A DNA stretch of 63,877 nucleotides, filler included, from Saprolegnia diclina VS20 (GCF_000281045.1; 7 parts of 2 records of this genome joined end to end with filler, not necessarily neighbours in it); one strand, 5' to 3'; shown: positions 11,926-24,294, numbered from the whole stretch's first letter. Translations and numbers: made by a program. Notes: a model not told the origin generated them from the sequence alone.

Positions 11926-13230
11926 NNNNNNNNNNNNNNNNNNNNNNNNNNNNNNNNNNNNNNNNNNNNNNNNNNNNNNNNNNNNNNNNNNNNNNNNNNN
12001 NNNNNNNNNNNNNNNNNNNNNNNNNGGTTCAACGCCTGACGAGTCCGGGACGATCACGTCTTCCGCGAAGACCTACCACTGCCAAGTCCATGGATGGTTG
12101 CCGTTAAAGCGCGCTTGTCGCTTAGCTGCATTTGCACCACAGCCTCATTGAAGAGCCCGAACAACCCGATATCTTCTTCGGCTTCTCCGGCTCAACACGA
12201 GTGGCCGCGCCGGCACCTTATCCCGCGGGTCGCGCTTCCGTCTCCGTCCGCCTAGATCACGTTCTTCAACTCAGTGTGTACAACGCAGCAGAAGTCAGGC
12301 ATTTTCATTTAGGGTAGATTTATTTATTTTGATAGACGACCCATTTGAAAAAATAGAAGCTAGGCCTGCGCTCTTTCCTTTTCACAAGCCTGGAGACCCA
12401 TGTGATTTGTGTGTGAGGTTTTGCGGCGCATGTACGCCTCGCACGACAGAAATACGCATCAATGACACCACCATCGTGCAGGTCGTGAGCTCGCAGGCAA
12501 CGAAGATTCAGACGAGATGGATGATGAAATGAGCTGAAAAATGCTCGATGAGATACGCCATCGAACTCCGTCCCCAAAGTTGTGCGTGCACACAAAATTG
12601 GAAACCGTGGCGGCGCCCGTACCGGTACTAGTACGAACTGCAAGTGGATGATTGAGGCTATGCAGCGCACCAACATTTCTGTCCGCTGGCGATGCAGTGG
12701 TCGGTTCACAAGGAAGTAGGAAGGTACACAAACTGCATTAAACCAAAAGCTCGAGTACCGGTAGATCACAGCTACTACGAGGGTCTTTCTCCTCACTTGC
12801 TTTCTACTAATGTCTTGGCATACTCTCTCGGGCGTTGTGTTCGTTTCCATTCCAACCGTCCCATTTGTAGACATGTGCAATCCCACCCGGTACTGTAGTT
12901 GCCCAGCGTGTGCCTGTTACATCGCATGTAGTAGCCTGCGCGCCGTACGTTTCGAAGTGCTCATTGTCCGATAAAGTACTCGGCTACACAATAATACGCT
13001 ATAGCCAAAGATAATACTAGCATTACTGGTTGCCCTCTCCATCGCAGCTCACTGCACTGCATGCAGACGTGATTACTCGACAGATAGCAACGCGCAGTCC
13101 TGGCAAGAGTATGCCAACCGTACGGTTGCACACACGACAGCTATGCAGCCCTACCCCTTTTGGTCCATTCCGCCCTTGGTGTTGCTGCCTGTGTCCTGGA
13201 AAGTGCAGCCCTGCAACACGCAAGATACAA

Positions 13231-13250
13231 CGATTCATTTTTCAATTCCC
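13231..13250 (+). promoter_or_regulatory. Oomycete INR/FPR core promoter element of the lectin gene
   Basis: ATTCATTTTTCAATTC matches the TCATTYBNNNWTTY consensus ~40 bp before the ATG; same element at 11841-11860. Confidence 0.65.
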
Positions 13251-13270
13251 TCTCTCTCAATCCCATCACG

Positions 13271-14329
13271 ATGAAGCTCTTTGTGCCCGCCGGTCTCGTC
13301 GCCTTTGCTGCGACATCGTCGCTCGCCCAGTTCCAGAATACGTGCTCGCAGCAGCTAATGGACGCCGTCGCCGAGTGCCAGAAGTCTGCCGGTATCGACG
13401 ACATGAAGGCGTTCATCCCGACGATCAAGGACGGCGCGGGTCGCGACAAGTACTGTGGCAACGCGTGGGCTGGGTGCGCCAAGCTCAAGTCGCTCGCGCC
13501 GGCGTCCGACTGCATCTTCTGGGTCTGGAAGGGCTGGAGCGTCAACCCGTCCAAGGAGCTCGCGTGCCCCACGGACCAGACCACGACGTTGTGCACGCCG
13601 AACCGCCTCGCCGTCTCGGAGGGCTATGGCTTGCTCTACGCCAACACGGTCCAGAGCAACGCCAACGAGCAGTTTGCGTACAACAACGAGACCAAGGCCA
13701 TCATCGCCAAGAGTAACGGCCAATGCCTCGACGTTTATAAGGACAACAACCAGTTCAAGCTTCACACGTACGCGTGCGACAGCAAGAACGCCAACCAGAA
13801 GTGGACAATCGCCAACCACAAGGTGCAGCATGCGGTGCACGGCGTGTGCCTCGAGGCGGACCTTGGCCACCCGGGCGCTGCCGTCGGCGTCGCGCCATGC
13901 TCTGGCGCGTCTGAAACGAACCAGTGGTTTGACGCGTGCGAACGTGTGCCCAAGAGCTACGTCCAACTTCGCGCCGCGACGGGCAAGCACCTCCTCGAGT
14001 ACAACGGCGACTTGTACCTCAACCCGGGTGGCCACGACTTCAACGACCTCTTCGAGTGGGGCAACGGTCTTCTCAAGAGCGCGTCCAACGGCCAGTGCCT
14101 CGACGTGTACAAGGACGGCAACGGCCAGTTCAAGCTCCATACGTACGCGTGCGACAGCAACAACGGCAATCAAAAGTGGACCATCGCCAACAACGTCGTC
14201 AAGCACGCGACGCACAACAACATTTGTTTGGACGCCGACCCGACGTACGCCGACGCGCACGCGCAAGTGTGGGAGTGCACGCCCAACAACCCCAACCAGC
14301 AGTGGACGCTCTTGCAATACTCCAAGTAG
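13271..14329 (+). CDS. Secreted protein: signal peptide + elicitin-like Cys domain + two ricin-B (beta-trefoil) lectin domains
   Basis: Signal peptide MKLFVPAGLVAFAATSSLA; repeated GQCLD...YAC...NQKW / NQQW (QxW) motifs; internal duplication; six-Cys N-terminal domain. Confidence 0.88.
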   Translation: MKLFVPAGLVAFAATSSLAQFQNTCSQQLMDAVAECQKSAGIDDMKAFIPTIKDGAGRDKYCGNAWAGCAKLKSLAPASDCIFWVWKGWSVNPSKELACPTDQTTTLCTPNRLAVSEGYGLLYANTVQSNANEQFAYNNETKAIIAKSNGQCLDVYKDNNQFKLHTYACDSKNANQKWTIANHKVQHAVHGVCLEADLGHPGAAVGVAPCSGASETNQWFDACERVPKSYVQLRAATGKHLLEYNGDLYLNPGGHDFNDLFEWGNGLLKSASNGQCLDVYKDGNGQFKLHTYACDSNNGNQKWTIANNVVKHATHNNICLDADPTYADAHAQVWECTPNNPNQQWTLLQYSK

Positions 14330-15266
14330 AGTCGAATCAGAGAATGCGTACCGAACCATTGAGACCATCGCCTTCATTGGTACCCGTTGATAAATCAAAG
14401 CTCTAATTTTGTCCTGTGCGATCGAGTGTATTGTGGTTTGCTAGGTGGCTGGAGGCCGGCGATACCGGACTGTCCCGCGCGCTCAGCCATCTTGCCAATA
14501 AATCCACCAAATAACGGAGGCATTAGAACTTGATGACGAGGCGAGCAGACATTATTCTTTTCTACTACTAGTACGATGGCCTTGGACTACGTGCAAGCCG
14601 TCTTGCTACTACACTACGTTTGTGTCGCAGGATTGATTCCGGTTGCGTGAATCAATCTATTCGGACGATGGTCGTCGATCGTAATGCCCTTCATGGTCTC
14701 ACAGCAGCTATGATCTCGAATATATTATATAATAGTTCGTCCTAACCTAAAAAGTCTCTCCACCTCAATCAATTGGCGCGGATCACGTCGGAAATTGTGA
14801 AGGGTGGAGAGACTTTGCGGCCGAAATGGTTGTTTTATGCACGCCGCATTAACGCCTTATTCTTGTCTTATTTTTTGCACAAATGCGGCATATTTCAAGT
14901 TGCCGAGCCGCCGCGTCGTCATTAGCTATTGCGCATTTTGACGCCCGGCCTAGAGGACTATAGTACTTCTTGCTACAACGACGACGAGCGAGCGACCACC
15001 CATCACAGTACCGATCTGCCGATATTCTAGTGGTAGGATGTCTTGCGCCCAGTGTCTTGGTCGGCACTCAACAAGTCCGTCATCCCGGTGTCTCTCGAGT
15101 CAGAGAAACGGTGGTGCTGCCTCATGACTGGGCGATTGGTTCTATTCGGGCTCTGTGATTGGTCAGAGATTTGGATAGAAATTGACTTGACTTTTGGCCA
15201 ATCACCAAACCAACGGAAGATCGTCCGGTGGCCGCCGAAACGTACTTTGGATTGAGCGATTCAGCT

Positions 15267-16513
15267 ATGGAGTGCTGGCGCTTGCTCTGCTGCTGCTTCC
15301 CGTCGGCTCCGATGAAGGTTCCCTCCAAGCTAGCGCCGCCGCCGCCGGTCGCGACCCTGGCTGCTGCTGCCGAGGACGACCCGGAGGAGAGGAAGCGGAG
15401 GGCCATGGCGCAGAGCCGCGGCCGTCGGCCGTCCGTGAGGTACGCCCATCTGCGGTCGTTGGGCGGCGAGGTTTACCGCTCAATAGCTCGGGGAGTCTGC
15501 AGGATGCAAAGACGAGCTCGAAGAAGTTCGTACCCAAGTCCGACGACGCTATCGAGCGCATCAAGCGGGCGGTCGCGGGCAATTTCATGTTCAATTCTCT
15601 CGACACGGAGCAGCAGCGCGACGTCATCGGCGCCATGGAGGAAAAGGTCGTACGCCTTGGCGACGCCATCATCAAGCTGGTACTACTGGACTAAATCGAT
15701 TCTCCTATGCAACGAACGATGCGCAGGGCGACGAAGGCGACTTCTTCTATGTGGTTGACGAGGGCGAATTCGATGTCTTTACGCACAAGAGTCCACAAGA
15801 GCCCGTCTTCCACTACACGAAAGGCAACACGTTTGGCGAGCTGGCTCTCATGTACAACAGCCCGCGCGCGGCCACAGTCGTCGCGACAGCAGACGCTGTT
15901 CTTTGGGCACTGGACCGCGACACCTTTCGTCGCATCATCGTCACAGCGAGCAAGTTGCGATCGCAGGTAGGACATTCTTCTTTCTATGCACCCCACGCGT
16001 CACCGATGCCACGTTGCTAGAAATACGAGTCGCTGCTCGTGGGCATGGAGCTCATGTCGCACTTGACGAACGCCGAGGTATCGGTCATCGCAGACGCGCT
16101 CCAGCCCGCCGCGTACCGCGCCAGCGACGTCATCATTCGTCAAGACGACGAGGACTACAATGCGTTCCACTTCTACATCGTTATGGATGGCGAGTGCAAC
16201 TTTGTCTATACGGACGGCGATGGCAAGAGCTCGGTCGTTGGCTCGGTCGGGCCCTGCGGCTACTTTGGCGAGAAGGTGCGTTTCTTAGTCGCCAACGTCG
16301 TCTGTATTGCCAAAACGGTAGGCACTCACGGAAAAGTCCAAGCGTGCGGTGAGCGTTGTCGCAGCGACCGACGTCACGTGCTTGTCGATGGACGTGGCGA
16401 CGTTTGAGCGCCTCATGGGCCCCTTCCAGGACATCTTTTCGCGTCAAATCACGAGCTATGCGAATGCGAGCGAGGTCCACTTGGAAATGCAAAGCGCGCG
16501 GACCGATTTGTAG
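15267..16513 (+). CDS. cAMP-dependent protein kinase regulatory subunit, multi-exon
   Basis: Inhibitor site GRRPSV; VPKS...I..AV..NFMF..LD; c[20 protein letters not shown]; c[24 protein letters not shown]; four short introns. Confidence 0.92.
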
Positions 16514-16913
16514 TCGTATCTCGTATTCCCAGTGTTGTAGGACGTAAGAACCACGTCTTCTTCGCTTTGTGATTAGAGACCAGAAATTTTGACTCTTGCA
16601 AAATATCTCGGGCGCTTCGACTCTGTTGCACTTGCCGTTGCTGTCGTCGCGGTAGAGAATGCTTCGTATGCGCAGAGAATGGCGCGGCAACGGTCTGCAC
16701 ATCCCACGCTGCTTCCAAGCGCTGTCGTCTCCGACGGCGTCGCGGCGTGTGGCGCTGGCCCTAGAACGTGTGGCGACAACTCTTTCCTCCCACTTGATGG
16801 TCGCCTCGTATCCATGCCACTGGACTTGCTTCAGGAGCGAAATGGTATCCGGCAAGAAAGTGGCCGGCGAGATCGCGGCTGACGTTGCAGTTTTGATTTT
16901 GCTGGGCGCCACC

Positions 16914-17489
16914 ATGGTCATCCTCGAAGTGCTCCCGACGCCGATGCAGGACAAGCGCTTTGCCGTGAACCTCCAAGACCTCTCGGTTCACATTATGGAC
17001 TATGTTGTCGAGGCCGGCGTTGTCTATTACAAGGTCGAGGTTTGCGACGCGCGCACTGGTGACGCGATTGTGATCTTGCGGCGGTACCGCGACGTGCACC
17101 AGCTACGACGGCTCTTCCTCAAGGACATGTCCTACTACTGCCACTGCACCAACAAGACGTGCGCAGGCTTCTTGAGCAGCCTCAAGGCCTGCCACTTCCC
17201 GGCGAAAGCGTGGTTTCGCCGCGACCGCCGCCCGGACGTCCGAGCCACCGACCTCTCCAACTTTCTCCGGGACCTCATCGACCTCGCACAGTCGCATCCG
17301 CTGCTCTGCCGCGCCAACCAAAAGGTGGTGCACTCGGCGCTGCGAAAGTTCCTCGCCGTCCCGACACTCCTCGCGTACGGTCCCCAGCGCACCGAGTCGA
17401 CGACAACAACGGGCACGTCACCCGCTTCGGCGCGGACGCGGTCGGGCTCGACGCCCGTGCCGTTTACATCCAAGCGCCTCATCCTGTGA
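16914..17489 (+). CDS. PX (Phox homology) domain protein
   Basis: VYYKVEV...ILRRYRDVHQL...FPAKAWF...RATDLSNFL pattern with a CHC..C insertion. Confidence 0.72.
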   Translation: MVILEVLPTPMQDKRFAVNLQDLSVHIMDYVVEAGVVYYKVEVCDARTGDAIVILRRYRDVHQLRRLFLKDMSYYCHCTNKTCAGFLSSLKACHFPAKAWFRRDRRPDVRATDLSNFLRDLIDLAQSHPLLCRANQKVVHSALRKFLAVPTLLAYGPQRTESTTTTGTSPASARTRSGSTPVPFTSKRLIL

Positions 17490-18990
17490 GAAGCACATTC
17501 TTGTGTAGTTAGTGTAATCTATAGAGTCCCTTCTTGTTCACCCCGTCCACCTCGCGCAATGGGAGGATTCGTCGCGACGTGTCTCGATCCAAGTGCAATT
17601 TCGCGGCCTTCCAATTCTGACCACTTGTCGAGGTTGCAAGGTCGGAGGCCAGTAGCGTCTTCTGGCCTCTACGCCCACGCCCGTCGTGGTACTGTTTCTC
17701 GTACAATTGTACTTGTACTGCTGAAATACATTGCGTGCATAAAAGCGACCGAATCTCTCAAATCTCTCGGTACATGCGTCAGAATTTGGGCTCCGACGCC
17801 CAGCGCACACTGCGGGACGCCACTCCATTTGCGCGAAGAGTATGTTGCTCGAGTGCTGCTCGATGAAGCAAGCAGCCACAACGCTGGATTGCGTTTTGGA
17901 AGGCCTTGAGTTGCCACAGAAGCCAGCGTCGGCGACGACATACACTACGTGGAAGCTTGGTGGAATCCAAGACATCTGATTAGTACAGGTCTTGTTCGTA
18001 CGTCCATGCTGGCCCGGTTCTTCGTTTTTGCACGGTGACTGGACATCTTTGTGACTAGCGCAATCTAACAAATGGTCTACNNNNNNNNNNNNNNNNNNNN
18101 NNNNNNNNNNNNNNNNNNNNNNNNNNNNNNNNNNNNNNNNNNNNNNNNNNNNNNNNNNNNNNNNNNNNNNNNNNNNNNNNGCCATCGTGCTCGAGGCGTG
18201 GTTGACGACTTTGAGCAGCGCCGGCTCGAGCTGGTGTATGATCGGGCGGGTGTAGTCGATATCGACGCCATCGGCGAGCGGGGAATCGGTTGCACAAGAC
18301 ATTGCTTGCTGTGATTGGTTGCTCCAAAAATGGACGCATGTGATTGGTCAGCTCGGGGCCCCGCCCCGTGGACCCGCGGGTTTTCTACAAATAGGGATGC
18401 ATGGGGGCGGCCGACCTGGTGGGTCAACCAGTGGGTTCCAGGCGACCCCCTGGGTGACGGGCGTCCTTAAGCGATTCTATTGTGGATTTCGAATTAAAAT
18501 CACAGCGAATATAAAAACATGAAAAAAAGTGATCGTGGTGTCGCACTGCATTACGAGCGCAATGCTCACATTTTATTAGGAATATTATTGAAGAGAGCAT
18601 TTTTTTTGGGCCACAATAGAAATATGAAAATATTTAAAAAGCGTATTATTATAAATAGCTTCTCGTGCCAAAACATTTCCTTCCAAATGTCAGATCTCAT
18701 GACATTATGTGCATTTCTGAAAAATAGAAAAGTTGTATAAAATTCTATCACAGTGTTTGCATTTTTACATTCTCGAAATTCATTCTAGATCTGGAGATTT
18801 GGGAGGAACTTTGAAAGCCTGGTACACGAAAATTACTTTGCCCAAACGTACAGTTGTGGTTTGCTAGATGGCTGGAGGTCGGCGATACCGGACTGAATTG
18901 CAGCGCAAAAAAAATCGAAATACATCACTCTGACGCAAAATATCGTAGTTTTACGGCAATTCCGATGATATTTTGGGGCGGCCTAGAATG

Positions 18991-19090
18991 NNNNNNNNNN
19001 NNNNNNNNNNNNNNNNNNNNNNNNNNNNNNNNNNTTAATTAATTAANNNNNNNNNNNNNNNNNNNNNNNNNNNNNNNNNNNNNNNNNNNN
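18991..19090. other. Artificial scaffold-joining linker
   Basis: N44-TTAATTAATTAA-N44. Confidence 0.97.
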
Positions 19091-19199
19091 GGGTTGGCTA
19101 GCGCTTTGGACCGCATGTACTCTTGGAAGTATGACCCGCGCTCCATCGCTGCCCCGACGCCTCGGCCCAATAAGATCTGGTCACAAAATACGGCCATTG

Positions 19200-19720
19200 G
19201 CTGAAACAGGACCCCTGGTCATCAAGGCTTACCCTAGGGTAGACCCGCCATGATGGCCGCCCCCCGCCCCTCATACATCCCTGTTTGTAGATTGCCCCTA
19301 GGGTACGAGACCCCAGCCCAGCCCCCAGACCCCTATGACCGGATATGCACCGGATAACTGCCGGATAAAACAGATGACCTTCACTCATGAGTGATGGTCA
19401 TCGGTGTGTCACACCGCTCGAGGAAATGCTCAATTGCGAGGAGAAAGACGTCTTCTATCGCCACAACGAAGTGGCGTTCGGGTACAATATCCTATGAAAG
19501 CATTATACCCAACGTTTTGTCTCCAACACAGCAGCATACAATGCTCTGGAAGTGTCCCGGGGGTCATGCGCCACCCTAGGGTAGGGTCAGGATAGGCCCA
19601 GACCCCCACCCTCAGAGCTCTTTGGGACCCTAGGGTAGGCCCTCCGACCCCAAGGCCCCCCGAGGTTTTGCCCAGGCTTTTGTAACAGATACATGGGTGA
19701 CCGGGGGTCCTGCTGAAACA
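19200..19720. repeat. Non-coding palindrome-rich repeat, possibly MITE-like
   Basis: Four CCCTAGGG palindromes; CAGGACCCC(T)GGTCA at ~19207 with an inverted copy at ~19698-19712; related sequence inverted at ~18371-18440. Confidence 0.4.
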
Positions 19721-20323
19721 CACATCCTAAATAGCCAATCAGGTACGTATGCGGCGATGGATTGGCCAAATCAAGCAACATTCTGATTGGCATTAATGCG
19801 CTATTTTCAGCCAATCAGCGTCGACATGCACGAGTCATGATGGCGATGGCGAGCACATTGGCGGCCGAAATACGTTTGGAAATGGAATCGCTCATACTTG
19901 GCACACCAATAGAGGATACTTTGGAGGGTGCGACACGCTACACCGCTTCGCCGTTGGAGGCGTACATCCCAAGTTATGCGACTCCAAAGTTTGGTCCTCG
20001 CGAACATATGTTTGCAGCTTTGCAGCTTTCTTGGCTCGTACTGTGTGCATACTTTCTGCAGCAGTTTAAAATGCACTTCTGTGGAAAAGATGTGGGCTCT
20101 CGGTAGCGGATTGATACGGAATGCAGAGTATTTGTCGGATGTCAGTGTCCCCATCAGTCCGCGTTGGCTCCTTTTTGGCTGCGTTAGCGAAAGTGTGCTC
20201 AACAATAATATTCGCAGCTTCAATGGTTTCTTGTATATGACTGGACGCTCTGGCTCCAAACTCGCCTTTACACCTTACAAGGAAAAGTAGTTTGACATTG
20301 TCAAATTGCTTTGTGGCACAAAC

Positions 20324-20665
20324 ATGACTCTGGGAACGCTGAAGCATCAAGCATCGTCACTGGTGGTGCCGTCTGAGAACGTGGACGGGTCGTTTACCCC
20401 GCCCAACAGCCTCTGTGATGACGAGATTGCGGCTCAAATGGAAGCTGCGGTCCACGACGCTGCGGCATCCGATGCCAGTGCAGCCCAAAACGCGCATTTG
20501 AAGCGCCGAGAGTGCTTGCTGTGGGGTGCTGTCGCAGCTGTCCTTTTTTTGATGGTCACTGGTGTCGTGGTTCAGCTGGTCGAAAACCAATACGTGCCGT
20601 CACCAACGGCTCAGCAACCAACGCCGCTCGCCACTGACAACGTCTCCATTGTCCGTACGCCCTAG
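20324..20665 (+). CDS. Small single-pass membrane protein, hypothetical
   Basis: ATG in AAACATG context; KRRECLLWGAVAAVLFLMVTGVVVQLV hydrophobic span. Confidence 0.5.
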   Translation: MTLGTLKHQASSLVVPSENVDGSFTPPNSLCDDEIAAQMEAAVHDAAASDASAAQNAHLKRRECLLWGAVAAVLFLMVTGVVVQLVENQYVPSPTAQQPTPLATDNVSIVRTP

Positions 20666-20763
20666 ATGTACAGTAGATTGAATGTTTTGAATCAGCCATC
20701 ACACACCCTACCTTCTATTTTCCCGTACTTTTCCCGTACAAAGAACCGGAAGGATACGTCGAA

Positions 20764-23700
20764 ATGGAAGGGACGCGGGTCCCCGCGCCGCCGGTCCGGG
20801 CCAACACGACCCGCTTGACGCCGGCGCGGCGCCACGTCCGCTCAAGTGGCACGCTGAAAGGTCCGTCGTTCATCACCGAGGTCGAGGTCAGCTCCATCCA
20901 CAACGAGTGGCGCCAAGAAATCGCCGAAGGAACGAGCGACAACGACGACGACGATGACGAAGCCGACCGCGCGCTCGAGCGAGAGTTTCGCTCGCATGCG
21001 CTCACGCCATTCTACAAGGCGGATCCCGAGAAGGGTTTTACGATGGACATTATGATGCTCATCGACATGGCCAAGGTCGGGTCTCTTCGCGACGAGTTCC
21101 AGCAGAAGGAGTCGGGCTTGTCTGTGACTGAGTTTGTTACGGTCATGCTGCGCTTCGTGCACAGCAGCAAGCAGTCGGGCGACAACAAGTCGCATTTGCA
21201 CGAGCTCACGGAGCCCCAGCTTATTGCGTACCTCTCGGAGCTCTTTGCGCAGATCGACATCAACGGCGATGGCACGATGGAGTGGGAAGAGTTTACGTCC
21301 TTCATCGTCGACACGGGTCTCGAGAGTCAGCAACCCAACTCGATTCAAATGTACCACCACTCGAGCTGGGAAGACACGTCCAAGCACAGCTCGGGCATCG
21401 ACCGCATGTACTATTTCCCGACCAACGACCGACTCGCGCTCTGCGAGTACGGCGGCCACTCGCTAAAGATCTACAACTCCCGCTGCGAGCTGCTCAAAGC
21501 GCTCAAGTCCCCAGACGGCTTTGTGCTCTGCGCCGAATACGTCGACAAGGTGTCAACTTCTGCTCTTTTCTCATGTTTCTATCGTGTCGCGACTAGCTCA
21601 GCCAGTATGTTGTCGCGTCGTCGGACCTGCAGCTGCGCTTCTACGACGACACGTCGTACCGTTTGATCAAGAGCTGTCATACGCCCACGTCGCAAAACTG
21701 TTTGCGATGGTATCCGCAAGCCAACGTGCTCTTTTCCGGCGTAAGCTCGTTGGCAGCTATGCTTCTTGTTGGTCTTATTGGTGAGACTAGAGTGCCAGTG
21801 GCATCATTTATGCGTGGGACGCCGACAAGATGGAGGAGCGCCATCACATGGGTGGGATTGGTCGCGACGGGAAGCTTCTGACGCGGTCCCACGACGGCAT
21901 TGTCCTCGATCTTCTCAACGTACGCACCGTCATATGACGTCAAGTGACAAGCAGTGCTAGCTCGAGACGCTCGAGACACTGGCGTCGGCCAGCATGGACA
22001 AGAGCATTCGACTATGGGATGTGAATACGGGTAAACACAAACAGCAGCTCGACGGGCACATGAAGGGCGTCCGCGCCCTCGCCTACTCGTCCGAGTACCG
22101 GTTTCTGGTGTCGGCAGGGTTTGACTTTGACGCGCTCGTCTGGAACCCGTACGTGGACCAGCTCATTTTGCGTCTGCATGGCCACCAAAACTCGCTCTGC
22201 GGTGTCGAAATCGTGCCCGACACGCCACAGATCATCACGGCCGACATTGACGGCGTCTTCAAGGTAACCTTTTGTGCTGACGACCACCTAAGACGTTGCG
22301 GTTAGGTGTGGGACATTCGCAACTTTGCGTGCATGCAAACGTTTACGGCGGAAAATGTGAGTCTCGGAGAAATCAAGACATTTGCCTCGGTGTCGTCCCA
22401 GAAGCGAATCGTTGCCGGCGGCAAGAGGGTCTCTCACACAAATTTCACTGTGCGGATGCGCTCACGGGTATTTAATCTCGTAGATGACGACATTTGACTA
22501 TGAAAAGCTGCGCAATCCCAAGCTCACGGACGATTTTCCGGTTTTTGTGGTCCTGTACAACCCCGTGTCGCTCTCGCTCATTACAGCAGCGGGTACCGAC
22601 ATCAAGGTACACAACCGACACATATCCGACGGCAGGTTCATCCGAATCTAGATCTGGGATGCTCATTTGGGCAAGCTCCTTCGCGTGTATCGGTAGTGCT
22701 TTTCACAATATTGCAGGGATAATGGAACACCCGACTAGAAATGTGAGCACGACGGACGTGACGTCGCTCTGCTTGGACTCGCAGTGCCGCAAGTTTATCG
22801 TTGGCGACCACGAAGGCAACGTTAGAGTCTTCGACTACCTCAACGGCGCCGTCATGAAGGCGTTTGCGTATCCCGAGACCAACGACCGCGCGCACTTGAG
22901 CGAAGTCGCGCGCTTGGTCTACTGCAACGCGTACCGCAGCGTCATTTCTGCGTCGTGGGACACGACTGTCTGCATCCACGACGAGTCCGACCCCGACCGC
23001 GGCGTGCTCCTCCGAAAAATGACGGGCGGTCACACGGGGGATATTACGAGTCTTGCCTACTCGCACACGCTCTCGCTCATCGCGACGGGGTCGCTCGACT
23101 GCATGGTGCAAATCTGGGACTACGAGTTTGGCCGGTATAACCAGATCTGAACCTGCAAGTGACTTCTTTTATGCGGCGTAGGCTCGACGGTACGTGCATT
23201 GGGCACACGAGCGGCATCTCGAGCCTCCTCTTCCTCGACCCGTACCCGCTCCTCGCCGTGTGCGACCTCCACGGCAACGTGTGTCTCTGGGCCATGCGTC
23301 CGAGCAAATTCAAGTACCGCTGTGTGCTGCGCTTCCGCGTGCAGACGGCGCTGTCCCTCACCAAGCGACACGGCGCATCGCACTTGCCTACGATGGCCAC
23401 GCATGTGCACACAAAGCCGCTGACGCGCCGGCAGAAAGCAGCGATTGGCCTCATCCCGTCCAGCGCCATTCTCGATTACTTTTTGATTGGCGGTGACGAC
23501 AAGGGCGTGCTGAGTGTGTGGAACCTCTACCCGTTGCTGCACAAACTGGAGGCTGATTTTGGCATCCGCGCCATGGACAAGGCCGTCGAGTGCGTCAACC
23601 CGGGGCGCAATCTGCGCATTCACGCGGCTGAGCTCGTGCGCAAGACCAAGGATACGCCCGAGTGGCTCTCGTACGCGGCCCGCGACCCGCAAACCACGTT

Positions 23701-24277
23701 TCACTTTAGCCGCGAGAGCCAAATGCCGCTGCTGCGCTTGCAGCAACTGGAGGCGGTCCACCAATGGCGTGCGCACGACGACGTCATCTACTCGATCCAA
23801 GTCGTGCTCGACCACAGCACGGTGACGCTCGTCACGTCATCCTTTGACCGCATGGTCAAGCTCTGGCGCCTCGACGGCGGGAGCCTCGGGGCGCTCACAC
23901 AGGGCGACATGGAGCTCGGAAAGCAGCCGTACAAGTTTCCCATCGACTACCAGCACCGCGAGTTTGAGAAGCTCGTGCATGCCAAGACCGTCATCAAGCA
24001 AGTCCGCAAACTCAAAAAGGAGGACGAGAGTCGGGACCCTGTTCGCGTCTTGCGGCCCAAGGCACCGCCACCTCCCGCTATTGAGAGCATGCGCGAGTAC
24101 CTCGACGGTCCGCCGGGGTCGGCCTCGTCCGGGAGTCTCCCGCCCCTGCATCTCAAATCGGCATCGGCGACTTGGACTAAAGTGCGCAAGACGCCGCGCA
24201 TCAAGCCTGTCTCGGCGCGCGCGGCAGGCCGCTCGATCCGCGGGAAACGCGCGGACGACGTTAGGAAAGAATCGTAG
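20764..24277 (+). CDS. EF-hand + WD40-repeat protein (WDR49/EFCAB8-like, probably ciliary), many introns
   Basis: EF-hand LFAQIDINGDGTMEWEEFTSFI; multiple GH...WD repeats (SMDKSIRLWD, GHMKGV, GHQNSL, SWDTTVCIHD, GHTGDIT, SFDRMVKLW). Confidence 0.88.
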
Positions 24278-24294
24278 GACGTAAGGCTCGATTG

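Noticed and set aside
19230..19636. CCCTAGGG as telomeric repeats
   Set aside because: Not tandem and does not match the TTTAGGG/TTAGGG telomere unit
19838..20290. Short ORFs downstream of a CCAAT cluster
   Set aside because: Fragmentary frames with atypical codon usage and no domain evidence
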